A stretch of 64,000 bases of DNA, taken from assembly GCA_010909165.1 (NCBI GenBank), contig VJWM01000025.1:2108001-2172000 (forward strand), in the 5' to 3' direction. Positions 23,069 through 35,616 of this stretch are shown here, in pieces. The translations under genes were made by a program, and so were the position numbers. The DNA is from Anthoceros angustus (taxonomy: Eukaryota > Plantae > Anthocerotophyta). The notes below the pieces were generated by a model. It was not told the origin of the DNA, searched no databases, and saw only the letters and a program-made list of their open reading frames with translations. Each line of letters opens with the position of its first letter. Within the stretch, counting starts at the first letter, position 1.

Positions 23069-25254
23069 TTAGAGACCTGCTTTCTTCTTCAAGTGTTGCT
23101 TGAAGTCCATGATATCACCCTCCCACCTGCTGACTGTTTTGTTCTCACAAACCCAAATTTCCTTGGCTACTTGGTTTATGAGCCTGAAGTCGTGACTGAC
23201 AAGCACCAAACCGCCATCCCACTCATTCAAGGCATCAGCTAAAGAGTCGATAGTCTCTATGTCAAGATGATTGGTAGGCTCATCCAGAAGCAGCAGATGA
23301 GGGAGTCTCCAGGCCAACCAGGCAAAAATGACTCTACTTTTCTGCCCATCGGACAAATTCCCCATAGGCATTATTTGGGCTTTACCCGTCAATCCAAACT
23401 TGCCAATGGCTGCACGCATTTTCTCTTCTTCGAGACCTGGATACTCACTCATCATATACTGCAGGGCTGACATATTCAAATCCAGGGTCTCTGTCAAGTG
23501 CTGATGATACTGTGCTATGCGCAAATGGTTGTGACGCCTTACCATGCCATCTTGTGGCACGAGCTCTCCTGTCATCAACTTCAGCAGAGTGCTTTTGCCA
23601 GCACCATTAGGCCCAACAAGTGCTATCCGTGAATCCAGATCCACACCAAAGTCAATCTTCCGGTATATGGAAGAATCCTTCGTATACCCAAAATCAACTT
23701 CCACAAACTGGAGAACTGGTGGAGGTAGCTTGCCAACATCTGTGAACCTAAATACCAAAACCTTGTCTTTAGAAACCTTCTCGGTCAAACCCCCCCTTTC
23801 CATCTTCGCCAAAGTCTTCTCCTTACTTTGAGCTTGTCGAGCAAGCTTTGCAGAACCATGACCAAACCTTGCGATATATTCTTTCATACCGGCAATCTGT
23901 TCTTGTTCCCACCTGTACTGCTTCATCTGATTCTCCTCCAACTCCGATCGCGTCTGCACATACTGGTCATAATTGCCAGAGTAAAACTTCAACTTCTTGT
24001 TTTGCATGTGAATGATGTTCGTGCAAACCCCATTAAGAAAATCTTGGGAGTGCGACACCACCACTAGAATTCTGTCAAACTTCTTCAGAGTTTCTTCCAG
24101 CCACACACAGGCTTCCAAATCTGACAGAAGTACACAACACCAATGCCCTGTCAGCACCTTTTATTGACAAAAAACACCCAGAGGCTCCACTGTTGTCTAG
24201 ACTTACCCAAATGATTGGTTGGCTCGTCCAGGAGAAGAATGGTGGGGTTCATGAACAGGGCTCTTGCCAATGCAAGTCGCATTCTCCATCCTCCAGAAAA
24301 GTCCCTTGTCTTCTTGGCTTGCATTTTCTTGGTGAAACCAAGACCATGCAGAATTTCTGCAGCCCTTTTCTCTGCTGTAGCAGAATCCATGGCTTCAAGC
24401 CTTTCATACAAACGATCCAGAGCTTCTCCCCCACCATCATCCTGCAAAGACAAACAACATGGCGGAGCTCACGGTCAACAAAATACCGTAGTACTAAAAC
24501 TATGAAACCCTTCATCGCCATTCGACCAGAACAAAACCTGAGCTGCAAGCCTCTCAGCTTCTCGTTCAAGTTTCAGCCGCTCCGCGTCCACGTTCATCAC
24601 AGCCTCCAGTGCAGTCAAGTCCGTGGCATCAATCTCCCTGGTCAGATGGTAAATGTCCATGTGCTCCGGGATAGGAACCTCCCGACATCCTATAGAGGTC
24701 AGCAGCGTGGACTTCCCACAGCCATTCAATCCCAGCAATCCATAGCGCCTGTACCAGGACAGGAGAAGGCACTCAGCGTTGAAGAACTCAGATCCCCACA
24801 CTCCAGAAAAACAAGACCCCCTGGTACGAAGCTTACCGCCCATAATTGAGCTCAAGCGTAGAATCGGACACCAGCTCGTGACCGTGAAATGTTACAGACA
24901 AACTCTCAATCTGCGGCACAACAAAACGGCCAAAGCATAAGAGGCCATCACTCACGGCATGCAAAACACTACCAATCAGCGGCTGCTAGCGCTCAGCCAG
25001 TCCGGAATTCCTTCTAAACCCTATCGCTCACGACGACTCACATGAATATCCCTCGACTGCGGGTGCGACGCCAAGACCCCCGTGCACGTCCGATCCGTGA
25101 TCTGCATAGCAATTAATTCATCGGCAGCCCTCTGAAGGTTGCCATTCTCGACAGCGTCCTCCAACTTGGGCACAGATGCGGACTTGGAGCCCCGCTTGGC
25201 AGCTGCCGCGGCCTTCTTCGCGGCGGCTTTCTTCTTGCTCGCGTCGGACACCAT
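23069..25254 (-). CDS. ABCF1: ABC transporter F family protein (ABCF2/Arb1-type, translation-associated), 5 exons
   Basis: [15 protein letters not shown]-terminus and two ABC cassettes ([30 protein letters not shown]; [17 protein letters not shown]). Exons ~25254-25042, 24910-24837, ~24749-24538, 24442-24206, 24120-23069. Confidence 0.95.
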
Positions 25255-25389
25255 TTTCCCTGCGTGCGAGATAGCAGCGCGCCGCTAGTGCCGCAAGCAC
25301 TGGCAACAACCTGAGGGAGGTGCTTGCCGTCCCTTGCCTTCCCTTCACACCTCAAGCCCTCCCTGACGCAGATTCACGATCCAGCACCG

Positions 25390-25397
25390 AAACCCTA
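25390..25397 (+). promoter_or_regulatory. Telo-box (AAACCCTA) upstream of ABCF1
   Basis: Motif ~140 bp upstream of the ABCF1 ATG. Confidence 0.5.
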
Positions 25398-26018
25398 CCG
25401 CCGCCGGTCCCTACGCCCTCTCCACACAGCCACCCCGCCCGCAAGGATTGCCGCCTGCCAAAGCACAGCGCACGCGCTCCAGCGCCAATTCTCTCCCGGC
25501 TCCCTGCCTACAACACCGCGTGCTGATGGCGATGCTGCTCCACAGGCGCACCGACACAATGCACAATCAATTCAGCAGGAAATGTCGCAACAGCAACCCC
25601 GGGGGACTCAAGGCGGCGGTGCGGAGAGGCGGCACCAAAGTTCTGTGACCGAGGTCCTAGTTCCTCGCCTGTCTTATTGCCTGCGACCTAGACGCTGGCA
25701 GGTTTATAGCCCATGTTAATTGGAAGATGTGTCAGCCTCAGACATGTACACACCGCTCACTACAGCATAAATAGAGCTTAATAAATAGGTATGTTGCTAA
25801 TTAAAACCTCGAGATATGTATTTTATTCATTATGTAGAAACTTACTCTGTACGTGTAACACATGTACGAGTAAATGAAGGGTAGTAGTCACATGTACGAG
25901 TAAATCAAAGTTGGTAGGCAATCACCATCGTGTCAAACTGCCTATACTAAATTGCTAGATGTGGACGGAGAGTTGCAACGCTGGCTCGCAAAGGTTACCA
26001 GCCGTTTGCTTCAGTGAG

Positions 26019-27497
26019 TTACAAATGCTTTGCCCGCCAATCCACGTAGTAAGTGTCCTCCTCGCTGTCCTCGTCGCTAGACGACGGTTCCTCCTCCTCT
26101 GGTTGCACGGCGTCTATCTCCTTGGCAGCTGCAGCAGCAAAAGCAGCTGCCTTCTCTTCCTGCTTTTTCCGAAACATTTCTACTTTGAGCATCAAAGTTC
26201 TGCAAAAGGAACGAACAGGACAACGTTTCAGGTGCCTGTGAGGTTCAAATCTGTGGCCCAGGGGAAAGAGAGGTGGATAGATTACCTTCGCTCAAGCTCT
26301 TCCCGTGCTTCTCTTTCCTCGGCAGCGTCATACTGTTGGTCCAAAGGAAACAGCGCGTGAGCCTTATGACCTAAGGAAGCGGCAACGATGGAAGTGACTA
26401 TGGTGTAGTGTTGTGAATGGTAAGGTGACTTTACCTCCTCTTCTTCTTGACGATAGTCCACTTCTTTCAGATCGTCCTGGATCGACTTCTGAAACTCCTT
26501 CCACTCGTCACTGAGGGGCAAATGTGATTAGACGAGTCTGACAATGGTGACTTCATTCTTGGACGGCTGATGAAGGCCGGTGGGAAAACGAACTTACTTC
26601 AAATCAGCCTTGGGAGGTTCTTTGCCGCGGGCCTTGTGATCAGCAGGGACACTGTCGAAAAATCCTTCAGGCAGAGCACCCTTTCCTTCAACAGGATCCG
26701 CCTGTGTTCCATTGGCTACTGCCACCACCTCTTGGGGGACCGCTCCACCTTTCTCGATGTTTCCTGTCCTAGACAAGGACATGGAAGTGCCGTGATGAGA
26801 AGGTGTCCACCCCGACGGCTCAACTCCACAGGAGCAGCTGGTTATGCTAGAATACAGAAGCAGCTGATACCTGGGCGGATCCTCTTGGCATCTGGAGCAT
26901 CGAAAAAGTCTGCCGGCAGAGCTGAGGAAGTGCGGGTGCCTGGAACTGGAAGACCAGCGGCAGCAGGAGCAGCGGCTGCTGCTGCAGGAGGCGTTACCTT
27001 AGTAACCCTAGCAGGTTCTGCAGGAACTGGTGGCTGTGCTCCAGAAGATAAACCTGCGGACTTGGCCCTTGCCTTGATGTCCTCCGCGGCCTGCACTAGC
27101 CTGAGCTCAGTCAGTCCACCTCCGACATACCGAGTCCATCAAGGAAGTACTTTCTTGTAAAGAAGAAGCAGGTCACCTCACCTCCTTGTGCTGCCGAGAG
27201 ACGAGGTGAGCAGGCCACAGAGACTCCGACCTCACTGCCACATTACAGACCTTGCAAACAGGCTGCCCTAGCTCGTTGTATCTGTGGCAATCAATCAAGC
27301 AAGCAATCAGTCAAGCCAGACAATAGTTCCACAAGCAGCCTGGAGCAAATTCTGTGACGCAAACAAGAGAATCATCAGGCTCCAGCAGCCAGGGCAGAGA
27401 CGCACCGCACAAGAGGAGAGTCTATCCGCTTCTCCCGTTGCTGCGCGGCCTGCTTCATGCGGGACCGCACAATCGCCTTGTTCCGCGCCGCATCCAT
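26019..27497 (-). CDS. ZNF830: ZNF830/CCDC16-like spliceosome-associated zinc-finger protein
   Basis: RIDSPLVRYNELGQPVCKVC...WPAHLVSRQH zinc finger, LPADFFD, LPEGFFD, EWKEFQKSI and C-terminal DWRAKHL*, assembled across GT-AG introns. Confidence 0.88.
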
Positions 27498-27801
27498 GGC
27501 GGCAGCCGTGGCCCGTCCTGCAGCCAGCCCTTGCGATTCGATACGATTTGATTCAAGCCATGGACTTGTCTCACACACACGGTTCTATGCATCCAGCTCC
27601 ATCTCCCCGGCAACGCACCGCACCTCGCTCCCCGCCGTGCCAGGCCCTAGAAGTATGTACATAGAAAGTTTCCTACCAACGCAGAAGCAATCTATCTAAG
27701 CCATAGCAAGGCCCCGGATTGCTGCAGCAAGGGGAAAGAATGCAACGCGGAGGAGCAGCAACATGGAGTAGGAAGACAGAGCGGTAGCAGGCTACGCGGC
27801 C

Positions 27802-29103
27802 ATGGCGGCTTCTATGCACGCAGTGCTTCCGTGCACCTTCCGTCCTGCGGCAGCCGACCCGAGACTCAGGCTAGGCTGCTGCGGATCTCGCTTCCATTGC
27901 AGAGCTGCAAAGCAGAGCTCGTACAAACAGACATCCGGCGGCAGCGAGAAGAAGCAGCAACATCAGAGACAGCAAGCTCCTCCTCCGCAGCACAAGAATG
28001 TAAGCGAGATCTCTCTTGTTTGTGAATGAGAATCCATCAGAGTGTGTGTGTTGGTGCTGCTGTGCTGTGTCTGTGTCGTGTTGTTTGCTGGTCATGTCCT
28101 CGTCTACGTGGTGCTGTTTGCTGATCATGTCCTCATCTGCTTTGTGCTGTTTGGTGTCATGTCCTGTCATCCTCGTTTTGCGGTTTGTTGATCATGCTCA
28201 TCTGCGTTGTGCTTTTTGCGTATCATGTCCTCTCGTATCGTTGTGCTGTTTGCTGTTCATGTCGTCCACATCTTCGTTGTTGCTGTTTTCTGATCATGTC
28301 CTCACCTTCGTTCTGCTGTTTACTGATCATGTTCTCAGCAGCTGCAGCTGCAGCAACAGCAGCAGCAGGCTCAGAAGCGGGGTAGCGCATCCAAGAGCGT
28401 GGAGGTGGTGGACGACGCCGGATTGCCGCCATCTCTTCTTCCCAAGCCGCCGGCGGGCTTCGTGCTGGACAGCGCGGGGGAGGTGGTGCTTATGGCGCCG
28501 GCCAACAAGCGGATGGTAACGCTGGTGGATCCAGGCACGGGGCGGCCGCTGGAGTGCGTGGTGAGGCGCGCGTTCCAGAGCTCGGACGGCGTGCAGTGCC
28601 TGCTGCTCACGCCACTGGACATGGCGCTGCAGATTCTGAAGTTTCAGGAGGGGGAGGGGGAGCTGGGGCTGCGGGACCTCACCGACCAGGAGCTGGAGCA
28701 GGTGCTTCCCACCGCCTCCTACGCGCTGGCCAAGATCCGCCTGCACCTCATGCACACCGGATTCTGCCTGACAGCCCGGGGAGGATTCTGCTACACGGAC
28801 GAGGACGTGATCGACCTCAACACAGAGTACGGGGGAGCTCTGGGCGGGTCCCTGGCCGAGGGTGTGGAGATCACCACCTTCTTCTTCCGCCAGGCCGAGT
28901 ACCTTGTCTACACGCCCTTCGACCCGCTCATGTTTGTGGCCTGCGTGGATCCAAGCACGGGCCATCTCACTATCGCGGACGATGATCTCCTGGACGATCA
29001 GGCCGTCCTGGAAGCGATAGATGAGGAGGACGCGTTCCAGGCTGTGGTAGAGGAGGAAGAAGCTGTGAACAGAGCTTTGAAACAAACCCAAGGCAGGGCA
29101 TGA
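27802..29103 (+). CDS. DUF3727/DUF1292-family plastid-targeted protein (cyanobacterial-type), 2 exons
   Basis: Transit-peptide-like exon 27802-27999, intron 28000-28338, exon 28339-29103 in frame. Motifs LLLTPLDMALQI, LMHTGFCLTARG, EYLVYTPFDPLMFVA. Confidence 0.8.
28030..28335. repeat. Degenerate tandem repeat (TGCTGTTTGCTGATCATGTCCTC-like) inside the DUF3727 intron
   Basis: About 8-10 imperfect units; they explain the Cys/Leu-rich shadow ORFs here. Confidence 0.75.
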
Positions 29104-29286
29104 CGGACTCTTACTCCTGGACCTCTGCTTCATTTACACCACATCTACTAACTAGAGGGAATCGATGTAGCGGCGACATACGTCTACAATTTTTTTTCGA
29201 CGTGAGAACAAATATGTACGTCCAGAATTGCTTCCAAGACCTTTTCACATGCTTCCTACAACTACGCCACAAGAGGTACCTCTACG

Positions 29287-30851
29287 TCATCTGACAGGAC
29301 CCCTGGAGTAAGCAAGTGCTTGTGTTTGGGTGGAAAGAACCTGCAGGCGAAAAACACAGAACTCGGCTTAGCGCAACAGAAAAAGGATGTAGGCGGAAGC
29401 ATGTCTGATGCAACAGACTCCGACCTCTCGTATGTACTTAGCTACAGCCCTGCAGCCCTCCGATGCCAAGAGCACCACCTTCTCCAGCACATCGATTGGC
29501 AGTCTGGAGTCCATCTGCAGGATTTACAAGGGTTGAGGGGGGGGATTCCGGATCAAGAATCTCATGAACACTTGATCCAATGACAGAGATGAGCGAACCT
29601 GCAGGAGTGAGATTTTGTCCAGTTTTGGGAAGAGCCCCACTGTGACATCCGGACCGCCTCCGCTATCTTCAAGGTAGTTCAAATCTGTGGGCACCAGCAG
29701 GAAACGTAAAGACTCGCACTTGGCAAGCGGAGTCGGCACTGCAGAAAGGTGGGCAAGCAGTTGCACCTAGCAAAGGAGTGCTATTCAAGTAGCCAGCAGA
29801 ACATGAGACTGCCAGATCTCTCATGGGTATTCCGGCATCTGCCAGAGCGATGGTTGCAGCATTGATGCAGGCCGACCTTGTTCCTGCGCATCACAACCAT
29901 GGTTTCACTGACTCGATGTTGCAAGAGTCAATACTAGTTTGTGTCCGGTGACCAATGCCCAAACTGCAACTTACCTCCATCTGCTTGTAAGACTTGCACG
30001 TAGATGTCAATCTGCAGAATAGAAGATTTCCTGTTGATACAATTACCAAGCATCAAATACCAAGGAAAACAAATTGAGGCAGAGTCACACTCGCCTGTGT
30101 TCGAGGCATTTGCGCTGTCAGAATTGCCTCTTCCATCGTCTGCCTGATTACTAGTGATATCTCCATAGCCCGTCTGCCACAACCAATGACGACGACTCAG
30201 AAACATACGAACGTTTGCACACTGAGAACCAGACCTGCAACTAAACCCACATACTAGCCGAACCTGTCACCCTTCCCTCGCTTCCTACGCTCCCCTGTAC
30301 TGAAAGTGGCCATGCTATAATCGCATCTAACCTGAAGGACGAAGAGCATCAGTATGTCTCCACATCAAACAGGCACAAAAGACTCTTAGAGAAAATTTCA
30401 ATCCGCAAATTTCCTTGGCCTTGACATCTCATCACAAACCGACAAGCACCCCATCAGAGGGCAACGGTATATGTAAGAAGTGACCTTACCAGGGCCTGAT
30501 CGTGTAGCTGCTGACTCCGGTTTTGCACCTGCGCCGCAAACCACACCGCCAATTCATAGTACACCCACCACACATCACCATCCAGAAACTACTTCCGGCG
30601 GGTTCGGCCACCGTACCTCGTGAGGACCATATACAGCAGCTATCACTTTGGTGTTGCCCATCTGAAACAGTGCGGACCTGAACCCACCAACATCAGTCGA
30701 CAAGCATCGCTCAAAGCAACAAAACTTCTTTACCAGGTTCTGCAGCATACCCGCTCGCCTTCTCAACAACTCCAATCTCTGCGTATAATTGTCGCATCTC
30801 GGGTGCCCGGCGGCCATCCACACGCAGACCCTCCTGGGTCACAAACTCCAT
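29287..30851 (-). CDS. RRP41: Exosome complex component RRP41 (RNase PH family), multi-exon
   Basis: MEFVTQEGLRVDGRR, SALFQMGNTKVIAAVYGPHE, IDIYVQVLQADGG, DLNYLEDSGGGPD, ends YSRGPVR*. Confidence 0.95.
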
Positions 30852-30920
30852 AGCCACCGCACTTGGAGTAAACACAGCTCTAGGGTTTAACTAGCTCGTA
30901 AACAGGCGAGGAGAGCAACC
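30852..30920. promoter_or_regulatory. 69-bp head-to-head spacer between the RRP41 and TFIIIC-subunit start codons, with telo-box
   Basis: ATGs at 30851 (-) and 30921 (+); TAGGGTTT at 30881-30888. Confidence 0.75.
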
Positions 30921-31515
30921 ATGGCGGAGCCGGACGACATGGCGGAGGCGGAGTACGTGCTTCTGGATATGGACGACGCGTTGCACGGCTTAGCCCTTGT
31001 TCCCAACACTCCCTACACCATCACCGTGAGTTATAACTTCTGAACGCCTCATCTTCCCTTTCTCTCTCTCGTTGCTGACGCTGGCCTACTGGCAGGGGCT
31101 GGACACTCTTAATCCCGTTCTCACCATAGGCAGTCACAAGCTGGTAAGCAGGTTGGGCCTTCTCGTAAATACTTGTTAGGATCCAGTTCTCGCACCCTCT
31201 CAGAGTGTTGGGTAGAGTCCAATATCTTCCCGCCACTAACTCGGGTGCAATCCGCAGATAGGAGAGTATCAAGAGACGGTCGGTGCGTGCTTCATCTTCT
31301 CCGAACGCGGTGAGTGCTCAAGGCATGCATGAGAAAGTAGTTGGTCAAACTTGAGCTGCTTCTGATGCTAACCACAGAGTGAGTTCATTGCAGACACAGG
31401 AAATGCTCAGGAGCCAAACAAGAGTTCAAAGGAGATCAAAGATGTGTGCCGTCTGGAGAGGAGGCTGAAGTTTCGACGCCTTCCTCTCGAAGGTGACACA
31501 CCTCAAAAGAGCTGA
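30921..31515 (+). CDS. GTF3C6: TFIIIC subunit 6-like protein (GTF3C6/Sfc7 N-terminal domain), 4 exons
   Basis: EYVLLD...GLDTLNPVLTI...IGEYQETVGACFIFSE pattern. GT-AG introns join in frame; stop at 31513-31515. Confidence 0.8.
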
Positions 31516-31713
31516 GATGAAAACGCAATAGCTATTTCTCAGGGCTTGTACAGCAGCAAGGCTTTCCTGCACCTTGACAGGCTTCAAGCGCAGAAGAGTC
31601 TGGGTCTACCTCAAGACACGAAATAATCCTACAAGATTTGACCAGCACCAAAGCAACTTTCAGCCGATTGCTCCATGGCTCCAATTCTATTCCACCAAAA
31701 CGCCACCTTCAAC

Positions 31714-32191
31714 TCAACTCTGTACAGATCACATCACGTGGCACCTTCTCAGCAACAAAGCGAATTCCGCTGCGTCACAAAAGCGATCAGAGAACGAATA
31801 GCCTCGCTCACCCTCGCTCTCGCCTCGTCCATTATCCGCTTGTCCCGTTCCTCCATAGCTCTGTCCCAAGCATCGTGACAGGGATGCTTCGGCTGCAACA
31901 CTCCAACAGAACAGAAATCGGCAACAGCAGCATCAGCAACCCTAGAGAAATGCGCACACAATCCAATCCAGCAGCAGCAACAACAACCGCATCCAGGAAA
32001 CTAAGAAATCCACACGATCCATGCGCAGGAGCAAAAGGCTGATACACAGATAAGGTAACCGAGCTCCGATGGAAAGAGTAAGAGCATCGCACCTTGCCAT
32101 GCATCAACTTGTGCATCAGCGCTTGGGAGTTTCCCATTACCACAATCATGACGCCGATCACGCCCAGAGCTAGCGCCGCCTCCCCCGACAT
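31714..32191 (-). CDS. NDUFA1: Complex I accessory subunit MWFE (NDUFA1), 3 exons
   Basis: MSGEAALALGVIGVMIVVMGNSQALMHKLMHGK|PKHPCHDAWDRAMEERDKRIMDEARAR|S* resembles plant MWFE (GNSQ...HG.PKH..HD.WD.AME.RD). Introns 32092-31893 and 31811-31720; the last micro-exon is inferred. Confidence 0.88.
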
Positions 32192-33047
32192 CCTGTAGCC
32201 TTGCAAATTCTCACGATCCGGCTCTCAAGATCGATCCCTCGCCCTCTCCCTCGCCGGCCGCTTCACCTTCACGCAGACGAGCGCTCGCACACGGACTTCC
32301 GCTTCGGCTCCGGGAGACAACCTTTCGCCAGTTTCGCCCGATTTTTGTTCTATTATCGATAATCCAGTGTGCACATATGCCGGCCGGTTCAAGGTCGGGT
32401 GGTTCACTGCAAAGGCACGCTGCTGGTTTGCCTTGCCACATGTCCCTTCTTCCATTCGAATAACCTGCCCCCTGCTGCATCGTTGCGTTGGCAAACCTAT
32501 CCTTGCCATTGTGGTGCTCTGGAATCGATTCAAGGTCTGGGATTGCTGCCTTCTAAGAGGGCCTAATTTCGTGGAAGACGTTCTGGATTTGCAGATACGT
32601 GAATCAAAAGCAGCGGCTCTGTTCATGAAAGTGTGGTGGTGTTAAGGGGAATTCCAGCTTCTGTGGAATGCCTAGGGGATGAGCAGGAGCTGCCGGCGCA
32701 GCAGACATTGAGGACCGGCTGGTTGCGTCTCTGTGTTGGACGGTTAGGCTTGGTTTTTCCCTCCTGTTGCACCGGAGGAGGACGGTAAACTTCGGGCTTA
32801 GAGGATTTGTGCGTTTGGAGGTTGCTTGAGAGTTTGTCTCCTTAGAGCAGTTGCTGGATTGGTGTGCACAGCACAGCGGCTGAGGCCGGAGAAGAGGCCG
32901 TCTGTGGCTACTAAAGCAGCTGGATGGAGCTCGGAGTACTGGCTGCCAGGATCACCAGTATCTGTTGTTGAAGTGTCGGGTGGTGGATTTTGGCGAGTTT
33001 AGTTTTCTGGCGGCGGTGGGAGGGGGAGGGGATGTGTTGTTTCCAAC

Positions 33048-35480
33048 ATGAGGCCGATAAAGCTACCGGAACCACCAGGTGCAAGTCCTGGGGTGCCAGA
33101 GATTTTTGACCGCGGGTTTTCCTGTGTTGTGCGGCGAGTTTTGGTGATTGGAAATGGAGCTGCTGGAGCTGAGCATCAGTGCATCGGCCTTGTACGGGCG
33201 CTTGGATTTGGGAACACCTTCGACATTTATGTACGTGTCCCCGCTTTATGTCTCTTGTGCAGTTTCCTAGGGATAGGGTTGCTGGTAGATTGCCTGCTTA
33301 TTGTCTCCATCTCAAGGTATGTGTGGACTTGGTGGATCTGGGTATGTATGGGATCTGGTATTTGCTTTAACAGAAGAAGCCACGGGTCCTCTCTTGTTAG
33401 AGCGATACGGCCTGTGAGTGGACTGCTTGTTTTCAAAACCTGTTTCCGGAGAGGGAGTTTGTGTTTGGACTTTGGGAAATTGAATACTGTAGGGCCTGTA
33501 GCGCTTCTATTCAGAGTTTGCAACGTTACTTGTTAGGATTATACCCGACAGTGTCTGTGGATTCTTTCAGCGTGTTTTCCGACCCAAGGGTGGCTACAAC
33601 TTGTGGTTGAGATGGCTTCCAGTTCCATTACACAAGAAAGTAGATTGCCTGCTGAGACACATCCAATCAGACTGGAGACGCCTGCCACTGTCTTACCTTG
33701 TCCCCCAAAAGGTAGAGGATGGCCATATTTCTCAAGACAGTGCAGTTCCTGTTCCCTTGAAGTCGGCACCAGAAGCGGATGCAGCCAGAATTGCAGCTTT
33801 GGCTAAAGAAGGTTTTGAAAGGTTTGTCTTGATTGGTGCTGTTGAGAATCGGTTGCTGGTTTTCAGACTCATACGTAGATATCGCTAGGCCCGGCTCCTA
33901 ACTGCTGGTACTTGGTGTATGCATGTAGAGGAGGCCCGTTGTTGGTAGTAGCTTCTGGACGGGATACAGTGTCAGTGGCTGCGGAGGTCAAGAGATTGGC
34001 TCCGAAGGCCACCTATGTTATCCAGGTACCACTCTGGTCGATGAGGCCGAACTTTCCAAATGTTTGGGAGATTATTTTAGGCTCTTGCATTAAAGGTAGG
34101 AAGATCCATTGGCTACTCACTTACATGTTTGTGGAATTGGAATGTTGTTGTGAAGATTCAACATCCGAGGTGTCGGCTCGATAAGTTTGATATGGTGATC
34201 ACGCCGTCCCACGATTATTATGCGTTGACACCTAGTGCACGCAACGAAGTCCCTCCAGCATTACTTCCATGGCTTACTCCAAGCCAGCCACCTGAGAAAC
34301 ATGTGGTTAGAACACAGGCCGAAACCACGTTGTCATCAAAGTACTTGGGAAAGGATGAATTATGACTGTGGTGTGTCGCTGCTGTTCAGGTGCTCACCAC
34401 TGGAGCTTTGCACCATGCGGATGCTGCATCACTTCGTGCAGCTGCAGGCACTTGGCATGATGAATTGGCACCGCTTGCAAAACCATTGCTTATAGTGAAT
34501 GTCGGGGGCCCTGCAAGTAGGGTCTACTTTCCTATCTCTGTTTTTGCTCTTTCACACCTGGAGGCAGCCATTCCGGAACACTTGATCCTGGTTGTGAACC
34601 ACTGATTGAGAGCCGCCTATTGTGTATTAGGACACTGCAGGTATGGTGAAGATCTTAGTCTGGAAATGGTCACTGCCTTGAAGCGGGTTCTCGTGACATG
34701 TGGGAGTGTGCGGATCAGCTTCTCCAAGCGCACGCCTGTGGGGGTAAGCTGGAACTGCTCGACAGGAGTGGCTTTAGATTTTAACTTTTTCCTACAGTAT
34801 TTTGCTCTTGGTAAGGATTCGTGTGATGATGGTGAAATACGTTCATGTGGTACATCACTAGGTTTCCAATCTAATTCGGCAAGAGCTAGACGATCATCCA
34901 AAGGTTTACATATGGGATGGTAGAGGTACGTAGTGTCCATGACTCGTGTGCTGGTGATACTCTGCAAAAGTGGTCCGGAGTCTTACGGTACTCTTTGACC
35001 CTGTAGGTACGAATCCACATTTGGGCCATCTGGCTTGGGGAGATGCTTTTGTTGTCACGGCGGATTCTATCAGCATGCTCAGTGAGGCATGCAGCACCGG
35101 GTACTGTTATCTTCCTGTCCATGTTGACTGTTAAAGCTGATGACTGCCTAGAAGAGAGGGTCAGGCCTAAGTGTCTCGTTGAGTTTGCAGGAAGCCGGTG
35201 TATGTAGTAGGATCAGAGAGGTGCACATGGAAGTTTGCGGAGTTTCAGAGAAATTTGCGGCAAAAGGGAGTGATAAGATCTCTTACTGGGGCAGAGGATG
35301 TAAGTTTCTTTCACCATCCGTGTTGTGGCCTGTTGTTATTTTGGCGTGGGTATGACGCTCTGTGCTGTGCCATTGTGACAGATGAGGGAGAGCTGGAGCT
35401 ATCCGCCTTTGAATGATAACCTAGAAGCAGCGAATCAGGTCCGGCAGCGTCTTGCTGCCAAAGGGTGGAGCTTGCATTAG
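33048..35480 (+). CDS. ELM1: Mitochondrial fission protein ELONGATED MITOCHONDRIA 1, multi-exon
   Basis: MRPIKLPEPP...RRVLVIGNGAAGAEHQCIGLVRALG, LLVVASGRDT, IQHPRCRLDKFDMVITPSHDY, DSISMLSEACSTG, SYPPLND. Confidence 0.93.
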
Positions 35481-35616
35481 CCCAGGTTCAGGTTCTGAAT
35501 GTTACCCATTGATCAGGAATGTGGTGATTTGACCTTATTGGGTCCTTTTTTGTTTCACAACCCGTGTTGCAATAATATGAGCAGGTCTATGGAACCTGTT
35601 GAGATTTTACTCAAAC

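Noticed and set aside
28327-29133. 268-aa antisense ORF, and similar long antisense or alternate-frame ORFs over THADA, the PPR, SWO1 and RPS26
   Set aside because: Shadow ORFs of GC-rich real genes with no independent features.
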